A DNA stretch of 64,000 nucleotides from Bacteroidota bacterium (GTDB lineage: Bacteria; Bacteroidota; Bacteroidia; J057; JADKCL01): positions 1,248 to 65,247 of the forward strand of contig JANPHP010000485.1 of NCBI GenBank assembly GCA_031424495.1. The letters run 5' to 3'. Both the position numbers and the translations under genes were made by a program. Below, one piece after another: positions 35,357 to 44,931 of the stretch (position 1 is its first letter; each line of letters starts with the position of its first letter). A model generated the notes under the pieces. The model worked only from the letters and a program-made list of their open reading frames with translations. It did not search any database and was not told where the DNA came from.

Positions 35357-37414
35357 ATGAACCCTCGCCTTGCGCACATTATCTTTTGCTTGTTGTTATT
35401 CTCATGCCTGCACAGCCTTGCCGTTGCCCAGGACTCCCTGCAAGCACGCTTGATGCATGCCGTCGAGCAAGACGACATTCGTCTTGTAAAGGAGCTGCTG
35501 AAACAAGGCGCCGACGTGAACATGAGCGTCGTGGCCACGAGTCCCAATTATCTCTTTTTCATCAGCCGCAAGCTCTACCTCGACGGCCTCGCCAAGTCCC
35601 GCCCGGGCGAAATCGTCTACGTGGGTCCCATCCACGCCAATGCCGACCGCGCCGACATCAAAGTCCTCCAAGTGCTGCGTAAGAAAAAGGCCAATATCGA
35701 GGCGGGCGACAGCGACGGCAAAACGCCGCTCATGTACGCCTTGCGCAATCCTGGGGGCGAGGCTTATGCGCTCTACCTCCTGAAAAAAGGCGCCAACTAC
35801 CGATCTGCAGACAATGCCGGTAATACCGTAATGCACTATGCGGCCTACGGCGGCAATATCGAGGGCCTGCGCATGACAGCCGGTGGCGGCGTCAATCCCA
35901 ATGTGCGCAACCACGAGGGCATCACGCCCCTGCATGCAGCGGCCGTGTTTTCTTCGGTGGCCGTCCTCGAGGAAATCGTGGGCTTGGGCGGCGATGTGCA
36001 TGCTGTCGACAGCGTCGGCATGGGAGCCTTGCACTACGCAGCGGCCTACGGCGACCGTGCTCGCCTCGATTGGATCCTGAACCAAGCCCCCGAGCAAAAT
36101 GTCGCCGCCAAAAATGGTTATACGCCCCTCGACATCGCCCGCAACGCCAAAAACAACGAGGCTGTCGAATTCCTCAAAAGCAAGGGTGGCCACTATGCCG
36201 CCTACAGGTATGCAGAAATGCTCGACGCCATGCACCGCCGCGACCACCAGTTGCTGCGGCAGATTTTGGAGGATGGCGCCGATCCCAACCGCAAGGTGCA
36301 GGAATACCCGCTCATTATTGCTGTGGAGCAAGACGACAATGTCTCGGCCGACTTGCTCATCGCGGCAGGTGCGCGGGTGAATGAAAAAAACAACAAAGGC
36401 GTGGCCGCTTTGGAGATCGCCATCGCAAAAGGCAATCCGGTGATGGCATTGTCTTTGGTGCGGGCCGGTGCAACGGTAAACAGCGAATTGCTCGGCGCAA
36501 GCATGGATCAGGTCGCCAAGGGCGGGCCCATGGGATTTTGGGGAGATCTCGTGCAGCAAATGTTGCCCAAGGTCGCCGACATCAATGCCGCCTGCGGGCA
36601 GCTCAAGATTCCGGTATTGCACCAAGCGGCCTATATCGGTCAGGAAGATTTGGTGAATGCGATCTTGAAGGCTGGGGCGAATGCAAATGCGACCGACCCC
36701 GAGGGATGGACTGCCCTGCACTGGACCGTGATGAAACGTGACTTGCTGCGCCTGCACTTGGAGAAATTGCGCATTGCCCAGGCTTTGATCGCTGCCGGTG
36801 CAGCCATCAACCCCCAATCAACAAGCAGCAAATCCTTGCCGCATACCGAGCCCTACCTCGCCCGCCGCATCCCTGCCCATGCCACCCCATTCGACCTGCT
36901 CACCTACGCCCTCCCCAAAGACAGCGACATCAGCGAATTGCTGCTCTCCAAGGGCGGCAAGTCGGGCCTAGGCGCCGCCGACTACCTCGACAATGGGCGT
37001 CAACTCTTTGAAAACAACGATTTCCAAAGTGCGACCATGGATTTCAACCGCGCCATCGTCGCCAACCCCAACGTCGCCGAGGCCTATTACTTGCGTGCCC
37101 GCTGCCTGAGCATGAGCAGCCTGTATGCAGAGGTCGAGCGCGACCTCAACAAAGCCCTCAGTCTTCAACCCATTTATCCCGAAGCCTTGGTAGCCCGCGC
37201 CAAAGCCCGCATCGAACTGCAAAACCTCCCTGGCGCAGAAAATGATGTGAACCTGGCCCTGCGCACAGGCTTCCCCCGCGGCGAGGGCCTCTACTGGCGC
37301 GGCAAAATCAAACTCCGCGCCGGCAACCGCGACGCAGCCTGCACCGACTTCACCGACGCTGGCCAAGCCGGCTACGCCGACGGCGCACAGGCAGTGAAGT
37401 TGTATTGCAAGTGA
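35357..37414 (+). CDS. secreted ankyrin-repeat protein with C-terminal TPR-like region
   Basis: A signal peptide is followed by more than 10 ankyrin repeats (GKTPLMYALRN, GNTVMHYAAYGGN, GITPLHAAAVFSS, GMGALHYAAAYGD, GYTPLDIARNAKN, GWTALHWTV...). The C-terminal TPR-like helices read AEAYYLRARCL and PEALVARAKARIEL. Confidence 0.85.
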   Translation: MNPRLAHIIFCLLLFSCLHSLAVAQDSLQARLMHAVEQDDIRLVKELLKQGADVNMSVVATSPNYLFFISRKLYLDGLAKSRPGEIVYVGPIHANADRADIKVLQVLRKKKANIEAGDSDGKTPLMYALRNPGGEAYALYLLKKGANYRSADNAGNTVMHYAAYGGNIEGLRMTAGGGVNPNVRNHEGITPLHAAAVFSSVAVLEEIVGLGGDVHAVDSVGMGALHYAAAYGDRARLDWILNQAPEQNVAAKNGYTPLDIARNAKNNEAVEFLKSKGGHYAAYRYAEMLDAMHRRDHQLLRQILEDGADPNRKVQEYPLIIAVEQDDNVSADLLIAAGARVNEKNNKGVAALEIAIAKGNPVMALSLVRAGATVNSELLGASMDQVAKGGPMGFWGDLVQQMLPKVADINAACGQLKIPVLHQAAYIGQEDLVNAILKAGANANATDPEGWTALHWTVMKRDLLRLHLEKLRIAQALIAAGAAINPQSTSSKSLPHTEPYLARRIPAHATPFDLLTYALPKDSDISELLLSKGGKSGLGAADYLDNGRQLFENNDFQSATMDFNRAIVANPNVAEAYYLRARCLSMSSLYAEVERDLNKALSLQPIYPEALVARAKARIELQNLPGAENDVNLALRTGFPRGEGLYWRGKIKLRAGNRDAACTDFTDAGQAGYADGAQAVKLYCK

Positions 37415-37465
37415 GGGCACGATGCGGCTAGCATTGCCCATTCCCATCGCCTGAAAAAACGTCCC

Positions 37466-37592
37466 GAAGCCGTTTGCCAACCCTAACCAAAAGCAAGCTT
37501 GAGGGTTGGCAAACAGCTTCCAAAACCGCTCTGAAGCCGTTTGCCAACCCTAACCAAAAGCAAGTGTGAGGGTTGGCAAACAGCTTCCAAAG
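37466..37592. repeat. tandem 67-bp repeat (2 units), each unit a long imperfect hairpin
   Basis: Unit 1 starts at 37466 and unit 2 at 37533, with 57 of 60 aligned nt identical. Each unit folds as gaagc-c-gtttgccaaccct [17-nt loop] agggttggcaaac-a-gcttc, a 5+13 bp stem. The two internal differences lie in the loop. Confidence 0.85.
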
Positions 37593-37630
37593 CCCCCTTA
37601 ATCCGCACCCGAACCGTAAACTCGTATCCG

Positions 37631-37673
37631 AACTGAAAAGGCTCACGCAACACAAAAGCGTGTAGCGTGAGCC
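37631..37673 (-). terminator. candidate intrinsic terminator for the 37698..38258 gene
   Basis: The minus strand reads ggctcacgc-tacacgcttttgtgtt-gcgtgagcc followed by ttttcagtt, beginning 25 nt after the stop. Confidence 0.6.
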
Positions 37674-37697
37674 AAATCTGAACACAAAACCAAAAAA

Positions 37698-38258
37698 TTA
37701 CTTGCGCGGCACGCGGCAAACAGCATTCTCTGCCATTTGCACCAGCTCATTGTCTTTGAGCAGCGCCTTGCTTTCTTGCACAAATGCACCTTGTTGCCTA
37801 GCATTGAGCTCGGTAAGCGCAAAACAATAGTCGGTCTCGCCTTCGCGGCCCCAACCTACGGTTTCATGCTTCAGCTTGCCGCTGTTGCGCTTGCCAAAGT
37901 CGAGTACAAAAGCATCAAACTTGGCCTTGGCCTTGTAGTCGATGCCGGCGCCGATGCTGATGAAGGAGATCGTGAAACGATACTTGCCGCCAGAGCCCGG
38001 TGCGGGGACCTTGGAGCCAGCCGACTTGTCGGTGGCATTGCCAGCTTGCTTGCCATCGGCGACGACGGCCGCAGGCGAGTCAGCGGGTGCAGGTGGCACA
38101 TCGGCAACGGCGATGCTATCCACTACCACGGGGGTGGTATCCTTGGCAGCGACAGCAGTAGAGTCGGCGTTTGTGGCTGGAGGCGTGGTGCTCGGGGTGC
38201 AAGCAGTTACGATCAGCAGGGCGACCAACAATACGGGGAATAAGGCTTTGATTTTCAT
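37698..38258 (-). CDS. hypothetical lipoprotein
   Basis: The ATG at 38258 gives MKIKALFPVLLVALLIVTAC, a lipobox. A Pro/Ala/Thr-rich linker precedes a C-terminal ~100-aa domain. The listed ORF start at 38273 is a TTG. Confidence 0.6.
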   Translation of the reverse strand: MKIKALFPVLLVALLIVTACTPSTTPPATNADSTAVAAKDTTPVVVDSIAVADVPPAPADSPAAVVADGKQAGNATDKSAGSKVPAPGSGGKYRFTISFISIGAGIDYKAKAKFDAFVLDFGKRNSGKLKHETVGWGREGETDYCFALTELNARQQGAFVQESKALLKDNELVQMAENAVCRVPRK

Positions 38259-38269
38259 CTTGTGGGAAT

Positions 38270-39535
38270 TCAATGGGTAACGACAACTTTTTGGGTGAGC
38301 AACTGATTACCAGCCGCAAGGCGCACGAAATACAGGTCGCTAGGCAGCTTGCTTAGGTCCATGGAGTAGGGGAATGCATGCACTGCATCGTAGCGCATCA
38401 CCTCGACACCGAGGGCATTGGTGACGCTAATTGTGGCTTGGCGCGGCGTGAAGTTGCGGGTTTCCACGGTGACCATGCCATTGCTTGGATTGGGATAGAG
38501 GGAAATGGTAGGATTGCCAGCAAGGTCGCGCACGCCTGTCGCGCCCGAGCAGCCCGCCGAACTCAAGAGCGCAGAGCGGTCGCCGTTGAGTGCCGCACGC
38601 ATCCTTGCTTTTTGGCCAGCTGTAAACATGGCCATACAAGCGTCGTCAGTATAGTCCATGTAGTTCATGTACATCTCGCCGTTCACGCCAGATCCGCAAT
38701 TGTTGTTGGCATTGAAGGGGAATGTGAAGCAGCCATAATTGGCGTCTTCGGCAGGTTCGGTATCGGCGACGAGGTCATCGCCACAGATTTGGTCGCCCCA
38801 GATATGGCTCAGGTCGAGCCAGTGACCGATTTCGTGTGAACCCGTGCGGCCCTGATCGCCAGGGGCCACCACGGCGCCAACCGTACCAAATGAATTGTAA
38901 TTGATCACTACACCATCATAATTGGGATCGACAGCGAGGTCTGATGGGAAGGTCGCATATCCATACAATTGGTTGCCAAGGTCGCAAACCCAGAGATTGA
39001 GGTATTGTGTAGGATCCCAATTGTCTTTACCACCTGCCGACGTGAATTTGATGTCGTCGATATTCAGGTTCTGAAAAGTATTGTGGGTCGTGCTGGTGCG
39101 CGTAATACCAGTGGTAGCGTTGCCATTGGGATCGATGGATGCCAGACAAAACTCAATCTCTGCATCGGCCGTCACGCTCCAAAATGGATGCGTATTGTCC
39201 AATGAATCAGGATTGAGAAGCCGGAAATCTTGGTTGAGGACGTCGATCTGCGAATAAATCTGGGCGTCAGAGATATTTTCCGTCTGGTTTTTGTACACGA
39301 CGTGCACAACCACGGGGATCGTGATCACTGCCGCCGTTTCATCGGCTTGGGGGTGGGACGAAATCCAGTTTTGAATGGCCAAATCGGATTGTTGCTTGCG
39401 CTCGATCATGGATGGGTCGCGCAGTGCCTTGGTTTCCCAAATGTCGTGGGTGGCACATTTGTGGGTTTGAGCTTGCAGCCCTGCAAATCCCGCTAAGGCG
39501 AGCCCCAGAGACAGAATGAGTCGACGTGTTTTCAT
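38270..39535 (-). CDS. M43-family (cytophagalysin/pappalysin-like) zinc metalloprotease with T9SS CTD
   Basis: The ATG at 39535 gives the signal MKTRRLILSLGLALAGFAGLQAQ. The zinc site is GSHEIGHWLDLSHIWGD. The C-terminus is ISLYPNPSNGMVTVE...DLYFVRLAAGNQLLTQKVVVTH. Confidence 0.85.
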   Translation of the reverse strand: MKTRRLILSLGLALAGFAGLQAQTHKCATHDIWETKALRDPSMIERKQQSDLAIQNWISSHPQADETAAVITIPVVVHVVYKNQTENISDAQIYSQIDVLNQDFRLLNPDSLDNTHPFWSVTADAEIEFCLASIDPNGNATTGITRTSTTHNTFQNLNIDDIKFTSAGGKDNWDPTQYLNLWVCDLGNQLYGYATFPSDLAVDPNYDGVVINYNSFGTVGAVVAPGDQGRTGSHEIGHWLDLSHIWGDQICGDDLVADTEPAEDANYGCFTFPFNANNNCGSGVNGEMYMNYMDYTDDACMAMFTAGQKARMRAALNGDRSALLSSAGCSGATGVRDLAGNPTISLYPNPSNGMVTVETRNFTPRQATISVTNALGVEVMRYDAVHAFPYSMDLSKLPSDLYFVRLAAGNQLLTQKVVVTH

Positions 39536-39793
39536 GCTTTTAGTTAAGTTGATGCGAATGGGAAATGTCCCAAACATCGTGCAAGTTAACAATCCTAGGC
39601 TGAGATGGCAAAGCGTGAATCGTCAGCGGCAGGACATCCCTTGGTTTGGGACCGAATGCTGCAAGGCAAGTCTAGCTCACATTCAAATTTACCAAGCGCT
39701 GCCCTTGAGCGAACCGATTTGCAGTAAGATTTAAGGACGGCAACCGTTCCAATATTTTAATTCCTACAAAATCGGCAAAAAAAATCCACAACG

Positions 39794-41770
39794 TCAGATC
39801 ATCCCCCGCACCACCACATCCGCCAGCGCCATCACACTCATCATCGGGTTGATGCCGGCGCTCGTTGGCATGAGGCTGCCGTCGGCGACGAATACCCCTT
39901 TGAGCCCCCGCAATTGGCCTGTCGGGTCGACGGGATGCCTTGCGGCATCGCTTCCCATCGCGCAGGTGCCCATTTGATGGGCTGTGAAGAGCGCAAATTG
40001 ATTCGCCTTCCAGCCCCAGCCCGGCATCTGATCCAGCCAAGCATCCGCAGACATTTTGCTGGTCGCGATATTATAGGTCTTGCGGGTCACGTGGGGGAAT
40101 GTCACTTGGGCAGCACCCGCTGCGCGGTGGAGCTCAAATGCATGTCGCATTCCCAAAAGCAAATGGTTGCGGTCATAAGCCGATAGCCGGTAATCCACGA
40201 CGGGATGCCCCGCCTTGTCGACCGTGACCTGCCCCCCAAACTTGTCGCGCGTGAGCACGATAAATGCAGCCAAGTGCGCCGAGTCCGTCACATTGCCCAC
40301 ATGCTGCTGCGGATTTTCCCAAGCCAAGGCCATGGCCCCGACACCCGGGTGCAGCGGTGGCGTCTCCACCCAATGCCCATAATTGCCGTCGCGCTGAATG
40401 TACTCCTTGTTCACAGCGCTCATCATCACCCCAAACCAGGGCTTGATTGGCTCCGCATATCGGCCCGTCACACCCACCGTCGGATGAAAAAACAGGTTTT
40501 TTCCAATAGCAGGGTGGGCGATGCCGCTGCGCAGCAAAATCGCAGGCGTATGGATGCTGCCCCCTGCGAGCACGACGCGCGGCGCCTGCACCTGCAAGCG
40601 CACTTGCCGCCCCTCAGGCGTGGTCACCAGCGCCTCGACGCCCGTCGCGTGGCCGAGCGACTGTGTCACCGTGCGCACCTCTGCGCCCACGACCGTGCGC
40701 GCGCCCTTGTCCGATGCTCGTTGGATGTAGGTGGTGAGCGTTCCGCGCTTGTTGCCACGGCGGCAACCCATGCCGCAGTAGCCGCAACTGTCGGTGCCAG
40801 GATGCGCGGCGCAACCCTCAACATTGCGTGCGATGACCGCAACCGATTGCTTCAATTTTTCCGAACCCCTCCACAAGGCTGCATTCTGAGGATTGTTCGG
40901 CGAATTGTCGGCATTTACAAAAGAAGCGGCCTGCACGCGGGTCATGCTTTTGGCATATTCCCCATCGGTGGCAAAGGCGAGGCCGTGGTCGCGCGCCCAT
41001 TCATCCAGCACATAATCTGGCGTCTCAAATGCACCCGTCCAATTGATCGTGGTGCCGCCGCCGAGGCAGCTGCCCGCGTAAATCGTGACGCCGCCGTCGC
41101 TCGTCTGGAAAGCCCCTTGCTTGTCATAAGTCTTGCGGATCATCTCCGACTCATGCTCCGTGAATTCCTCCCCACTCAAAAACGGCCCTTTCTCCAACAA
41201 AATCACATCCAGCCCCGCCTCCGCCAACAAACCAGCCGCCAATCCGCCGCCGGCCCCACTGCCCACGATCACCACATCGCATTTCAAAACCGTGTCTTGT
41301 GTGATCTTCAAGGGACGAATGCTGGACTTCGGACCTGCCTGCGAACCCAGTGCGCCCACGTAATCGATGGACGCCCAGGCAGGATGCTGACCTCCATTGT
41401 GGCTGCCGTAATGCAAAAACAGCGTGAGTTTTTTGAGCATCGCAAATGCCTTGCGCAAGAGGTTGAGCCTGCTGCCCATCCACTTTTGCAAAATGCGCGC
41501 CCGTTGCTCGACAGGCATCGCCCGAAAAGCCGCCCAACTGCCACCAAAAAGCAGTCCAGCAATCTTGGAATTGAGCAAGCCCAGCAATTCCCGGAACTCG
41601 GCCTGCTCGGAGAGGTTTTGCGTGGCCATCATTTCCAAGATTTGCCCAGCGACATCAAAATCCTTGGGAACGGCCACTAGGGGTGCCGATGCAGGATCAG
41701 ACAGCGGGAGGAAGGCTTCACAGGCAGCCTCAAGGGCCGCACGTTCTTCAGGACTGACTACAAATGGCAT
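39794..41770 (-). CDS. GMC-family FAD oxidoreductase (long-chain alcohol oxidase-like architecture)
   Basis: The FAD fingerprint is CDVVIVGSGAGGGLAAGLLAEAGLDVILLEKG, and the GMC C-terminal region includes AHQMGTCAMG. An N-terminal extension of about 150 aa precedes the Rossmann fold. Confidence 0.85.
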   Translation of the reverse strand: MPFVVSPEERAALEAACEAFLPLSDPASAPLVAVPKDFDVAGQILEMMATQNLSEQAEFRELLGLLNSKIAGLLFGGSWAAFRAMPVEQRARILQKWMGSRLNLLRKAFAMLKKLTLFLHYGSHNGGQHPAWASIDYVGALGSQAGPKSSIRPLKITQDTVLKCDVVIVGSGAGGGLAAGLLAEAGLDVILLEKGPFLSGEEFTEHESEMIRKTYDKQGAFQTSDGGVTIYAGSCLGGGTTINWTGAFETPDYVLDEWARDHGLAFATDGEYAKSMTRVQAASFVNADNSPNNPQNAALWRGSEKLKQSVAVIARNVEGCAAHPGTDSCGYCGMGCRRGNKRGTLTTYIQRASDKGARTVVGAEVRTVTQSLGHATGVEALVTTPEGRQVRLQVQAPRVVLAGGSIHTPAILLRSGIAHPAIGKNLFFHPTVGVTGRYAEPIKPWFGVMMSAVNKEYIQRDGNYGHWVETPPLHPGVGAMALAWENPQQHVGNVTDSAHLAAFIVLTRDKFGGQVTVDKAGHPVVDYRLSAYDRNHLLLGMRHAFELHRAAGAAQVTFPHVTRKTYNIATSKMSADAWLDQMPGWGWKANQFALFTAHQMGTCAMGSDAARHPVDPTGQLRGLKGVFVADGSLMPTSAGINPMMSVMALADVVVRGMI

Positions 41771-41787
41771 AAGCTGATGGCCGCAGA

Positions 41788-42033
41788 CTAGGCAAACCTC
41801 AGCGAATATACATCTGAAAGGTAATTGCTGAGTACATGCCAGTGCTCGCCACGGTCGCTGGAGAGAAATACATTGCCGGTGGTAACCTTAAAAAGTAAAT
41901 TAGAAACGGTGTCATGCCGACCGAATCGACTGATGTAGCGGAGGCATCTTCCGAGCAGATACAGGTCGCGCACACAAGGCCTGCATAGAAGTCGCGCTTG
42001 CAAGTTCGCCGTGATGATTGCTTTTTTGGGCAA
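41788..42033 (-). pseudogene. possible 3' remnant of a BNR/sialidase-like repeat protein gene
   Basis: The 81-aa ORF ends VTTGNVFLSSDRGEHWHVLSNYLSDVYSLRFA. This resembles the C-terminal tail of BNR-repeat proteins as I remember it. The N-terminal half looks non-protein-like. Confidence 0.3.
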
Positions 42034-42223
42034 TGCCGTGCCTTTTTTGTGGCTCTGACGACGTTGCTACGGAAATTTCCTGAAATCTAATCAGCAGCTC
42101 ACGTTACCTAAATAGTTGAAGAAATCCGGTTTCAAGGGAAAGTAAGGCCGCAGTGTAGGTGGTGTATCGTTACTGAAGATGCCTCCGCTTCTCCGCCGCG
42201 GCAGATCCGGTCGGCATGACAAC

Positions 42224-42871
42224 TTATTTCCCATTCACCAAGGTCGAAGCCGACTTGGTCAGCGTCGCCTTGAAAGGCAGGGCTTTGGGGGTCTTGGTCC
42301 ATTCGCCGACGAGCTCTACGCCATCTGCGGTCGCGGTCGCGCCTTGGATGTTCATTTCGAGCTTTTCTTTGCTGGTTTGGCTGGCCCAATAAGACTTGGA
42401 CTCATCCATGTAGCCGCCGTAGACGATCATGCTGGCATTGCTCGGGCGGGTGCTGAAATTCACCAAAAAGACGCTGAGACCGTTGCCGGCATCCATCAAT
42501 TTGGAGCTGGTCTGCACAAATTCGACCTCTTCGGGCATTTCTTTGAGAATGCCTTGCGCAAAAAGCACGATCGATTCACGGCTGATGATTTGGTCCAGCC
42601 ATTCGGGCAATGGAGTGTTCACAGGAATAAGCTTCGTTGCAGCGACTTTGAGGCCTTTTTCTTCGGAAATCGTAACTGCTTTACCAAACAGCGCATCTTC
42701 AAGTTCGTTCACTGGAAAATCTTGGGGCTCCACGTGCACAACCTGTGTGGTATCGAGTGAATCTTTGCTCTTGTCACCGTCTTGCGTGCCGCCCTTGCAG
42801 CCTGTGGCCCAGATCAGTGTGCTTGCGAGTGCAAAAGTCGAGAGCAAAATGCGTGCTTGCATGAATTTCAT
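42224..42871 (-). CDS. hypothetical lipoprotein
   Basis: MKFMQARILLSTFALASTLIWATGC is a lipobox signal. No family is recognised. Confidence 0.6.
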   Translation of the reverse strand: MKFMQARILLSTFALASTLIWATGCKGGTQDGDKSKDSLDTTQVVHVEPQDFPVNELEDALFGKAVTISEEKGLKVAATKLIPVNTPLPEWLDQIISRESIVLFAQGILKEMPEEVEFVQTSSKLMDAGNGLSVFLVNFSTRPSNASMIVYGGYMDESKSYWASQTSKEKLEMNIQGATATADGVELVGEWTKTPKALPFKATLTKSASTLVNGK

Positions 42872-43095
42872 AGGGTCAAATTATTTTTTTCAGGCCAAAT
42901 GTACCGTTTTGAGGCGTTTTTAGAAAATCTTTCAACTTTTTTTATGACGCGATTAAACCATGTCTACCTCGTCTAGTCAAAGCAGCAGATTCGGCAGGAA
43001 GGCCACTCGCTGACCGCCCGCCGAATCGACCAATCGTTTGGCCAAACGTGTTTCAATTCTGATTTTCTATCATTGAACTAGAAAGCATAAGCAGT

Positions 43096-43917
43096 ATGAA
43101 AAAGCACATCGTAAAATTCGCAGCCCTCGCCTTTGTCATGTCGCTCTTCGTGACATCCTGCCAAAAGGACGCTGTCGAAGCCAATGACACGCAGATCTCT
43201 GGCGCCCAATCATCCTCAGAAACCTCGGGCATGGTCGAGGACATGGGAGATGAAGCAGAATTTCGCATGGCCCCCAATACGCCGATCACAGGTTGCCCCG
43301 CAATCTCCTCTGCCGTACCCCAAGGCACCTTCCCCAACACGATCACGATCGACTTTGGCACCGGTTGCACCGGCCAAAACGGCCGCTTGATCGCTGGCAA
43401 AATCATTATCGAGATCACCGGCGGCTACTTCACCCAAGGCGCAGTGCGCACCGCCCATACCGATGGCCTCACCGTCGATGGCAATAGCCTCGAATACACC
43501 CGCACCGTCACCAACATGGGCCTGAATGCCAGCGATCAGATGTACTGGACCGTCGAGGTCTCGGGCACCCGCACCAAAGCCGCCGATGGCAAGACTGCCA
43601 CCTGGACTGCAAGCCGTGTGCGCACCATGATCGAGGGCCAAGCTACGACCGAAGATATGCTGGACGATACCTATGAAATCACGGGCAGCGGTACGGGAAC
43701 CTGCCACATGGGCAAAACATTCACCAGCACCATCACCACGCCCCTCATCAAACGCGCTGATTGCCAGTGGGTCGTGAGCGGTGTCGAGGAAATCACCGGT
43801 GAAGGCCGCAGAGGCAACCGCAGCTTGGACTTTGGCGACGGCACCTGCGACGACAAAGGCACCGTCACCCTCTCCAATGGCGACACCCGCGAAATCACCT
43901 TGCATCGCCCACGGTAA
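43096..43917 (+). CDS. hypothetical lipoprotein
   Basis: MKKHIVKFAALAFVMSLFVTSC is a lipobox signal. The protein is Gly/Thr-rich and beta-type in composition, and the gene is followed by a terminator. Confidence 0.65.
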   Translation: MKKHIVKFAALAFVMSLFVTSCQKDAVEANDTQISGAQSSSETSGMVEDMGDEAEFRMAPNTPITGCPAISSAVPQGTFPNTITIDFGTGCTGQNGRLIAGKIIIEITGGYFTQGAVRTAHTDGLTVDGNSLEYTRTVTNMGLNASDQMYWTVEVSGTRTKAADGKTATWTASRVRTMIEGQATTEDMLDDTYEITGSGTGTCHMGKTFTSTITTPLIKRADCQWVVSGVEEITGEGRRGNRSLDFGDGTCDDKGTVTLSNGDTREITLHRPR

Positions 43918-43942
43918 AATTTGAGAGCAGAGTAGTGTTTTG

Positions 43943-43975
43943 GATCGGTCCCTTCGCAGGGGCCGATCGTTTTTT
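43943..43975 (+). terminator. intrinsic terminator
   Basis: The hairpin gatcggtccc-ttcgca-ggggccgatc is followed by gtttttt, 26 nt after the stop. Confidence 0.75.
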
Positions 43976-44067
43976 GTCGCCGCCGATCCATTGTATCGTC
44001 GAGGCACTCCCAAATGTCGACCGTAAAACTTATATTTGCGGCCATCAAAAAGATAAATGTGATTGCA

Positions 44068-44775
44068 ATGAAATATTCTCTTTCAACTCTTTTGCTTTGC
44101 TTGCTCGCCTTTCAATTCGGCTTTGCCCAGACAGCTCCCAAGCCTGCAAAACCGATTGCCCTCAAAACCAACCAAGACAGTGTCGGCTATGCCATCGGCA
44201 TGGACATCGGCAACAACCTGAAAAAACAAGGTATTGAAGTGTCTATGGAGGCACTCAAAAAGGGCATGGAAGATGCCTATGCCACGAAGCCGACGCAACT
44301 CACCGAAGATCAAGTGCGCCAGGTGATGGCCGTGTTTCAGCGGAATATGCAACTGAAGCAGGAGAAGGAAAAAGCAGCAGCTCAAGAAGCCAACAAGAAA
44401 AAAGGTGCCGATTTTCTTGCCCAAAACAAGACTCGCCCCGGCGTGATCGTACTCCCGAATGGGCTGCAATATGAAGTGATCAAAGAGGGCACGGGCCGTC
44501 AGCCGCTCGCGACCGACCAAGTCACCACCCACTACCATGGTACACTGATCGACGGCACTGTCTTTGACAGCTCGGTCGACCGTGGCGAACCTGCGACATT
44601 TCCTGTGAATGGTGTGATCCAAGCTTGGCAGACCATCCTCCCGATGATGAAAGAAGGCGGCAAAGTGCGCATCGTTTCTCCGTCAGAGTTGGCATACGGC
44701 GCGCAAGGCGCAGGTCCAAAGATTGGCCCCAACGCAGTGCTGATCTTTGAGATCGAGCTCATCAAAGTCAATTGA
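44068..44775 (+). CDS. FKBP-type peptidyl-prolyl cis-trans isomerase (Mip/FkpA-like, secreted)
   Basis: The ATG at 44068 gives the signal MKYSLSTLLLCLLAFQFGFAQ. An N-terminal helical dimerisation region precedes the FKBP domain (LQYEVIKEGTG...VTTHYHGTLIDGTVFDSSVDRGEPATFPVNGVIQAWQ...ELAYGAQGAGPKIGPNAVLIFEIELIKV). Confidence 0.9.
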   Translation: MKYSLSTLLLCLLAFQFGFAQTAPKPAKPIALKTNQDSVGYAIGMDIGNNLKKQGIEVSMEALKKGMEDAYATKPTQLTEDQVRQVMAVFQRNMQLKQEKEKAAAQEANKKKGADFLAQNKTRPGVIVLPNGLQYEVIKEGTGRQPLATDQVTTHYHGTLIDGTVFDSSVDRGEPATFPVNGVIQAWQTILPMMKEGGKVRIVSPSELAYGAQGAGPKIGPNAVLIFEIELIKVN

Positions 44776-44797
44776 TCTAGCTTTTGCCTGATCTGCG

Positions 44798-44853
44798 ATC
44801 GGCCACCTCTCCCACTTGCCGCAACGGCGTGTGGAGGAGGTGGCCGATTTTTG
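44798..44853 (+). terminator. intrinsic terminator
   Basis: The stem atcggccacctc / gaggtggccgat, extended by ctcccac/gtggag with one bulge, is followed by ttttt. Confidence 0.7.
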
Positions 44854-44931
44854 TTGGGGGGGCAGTGGGCACGTGCGACCATTGAACAAGATCGTCCCGC
44901 CGCGATGTACCATTCTTCAATTCAACGATGG

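Noticed and set aside
35402-36817. 471-aa minus-strand ORF
   Set aside because: It is antisense to the ankyrin-repeat gene. The translation is repetitive and Gly/Val/His/Asp-rich, mirroring the ankyrin repeats, and is not protein-like.
37466-37592. Tandem repeats here and at 53425..53547, considered as a CRISPR array
   Set aside because: They have only 2-3 units, the units abut without unique spacers, and no cas genes lie in the window.
40205-41680. 491-aa plus-strand ORF
   Set aside because: It is antisense to the GMC oxidoreductase gene, which has the GSGAGG FAD fingerprint. The translation is Arg/Ala/His-rich and low-complexity.
43035-43048. Perfect 14-bp palindrome CGTTTGGCCAAACG upstream of the 43096 lipoprotein gene
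   Set aside because: Roughly four such palindromes are expected by chance in a window of this size. There is no second copy and no partner regulator nearby.
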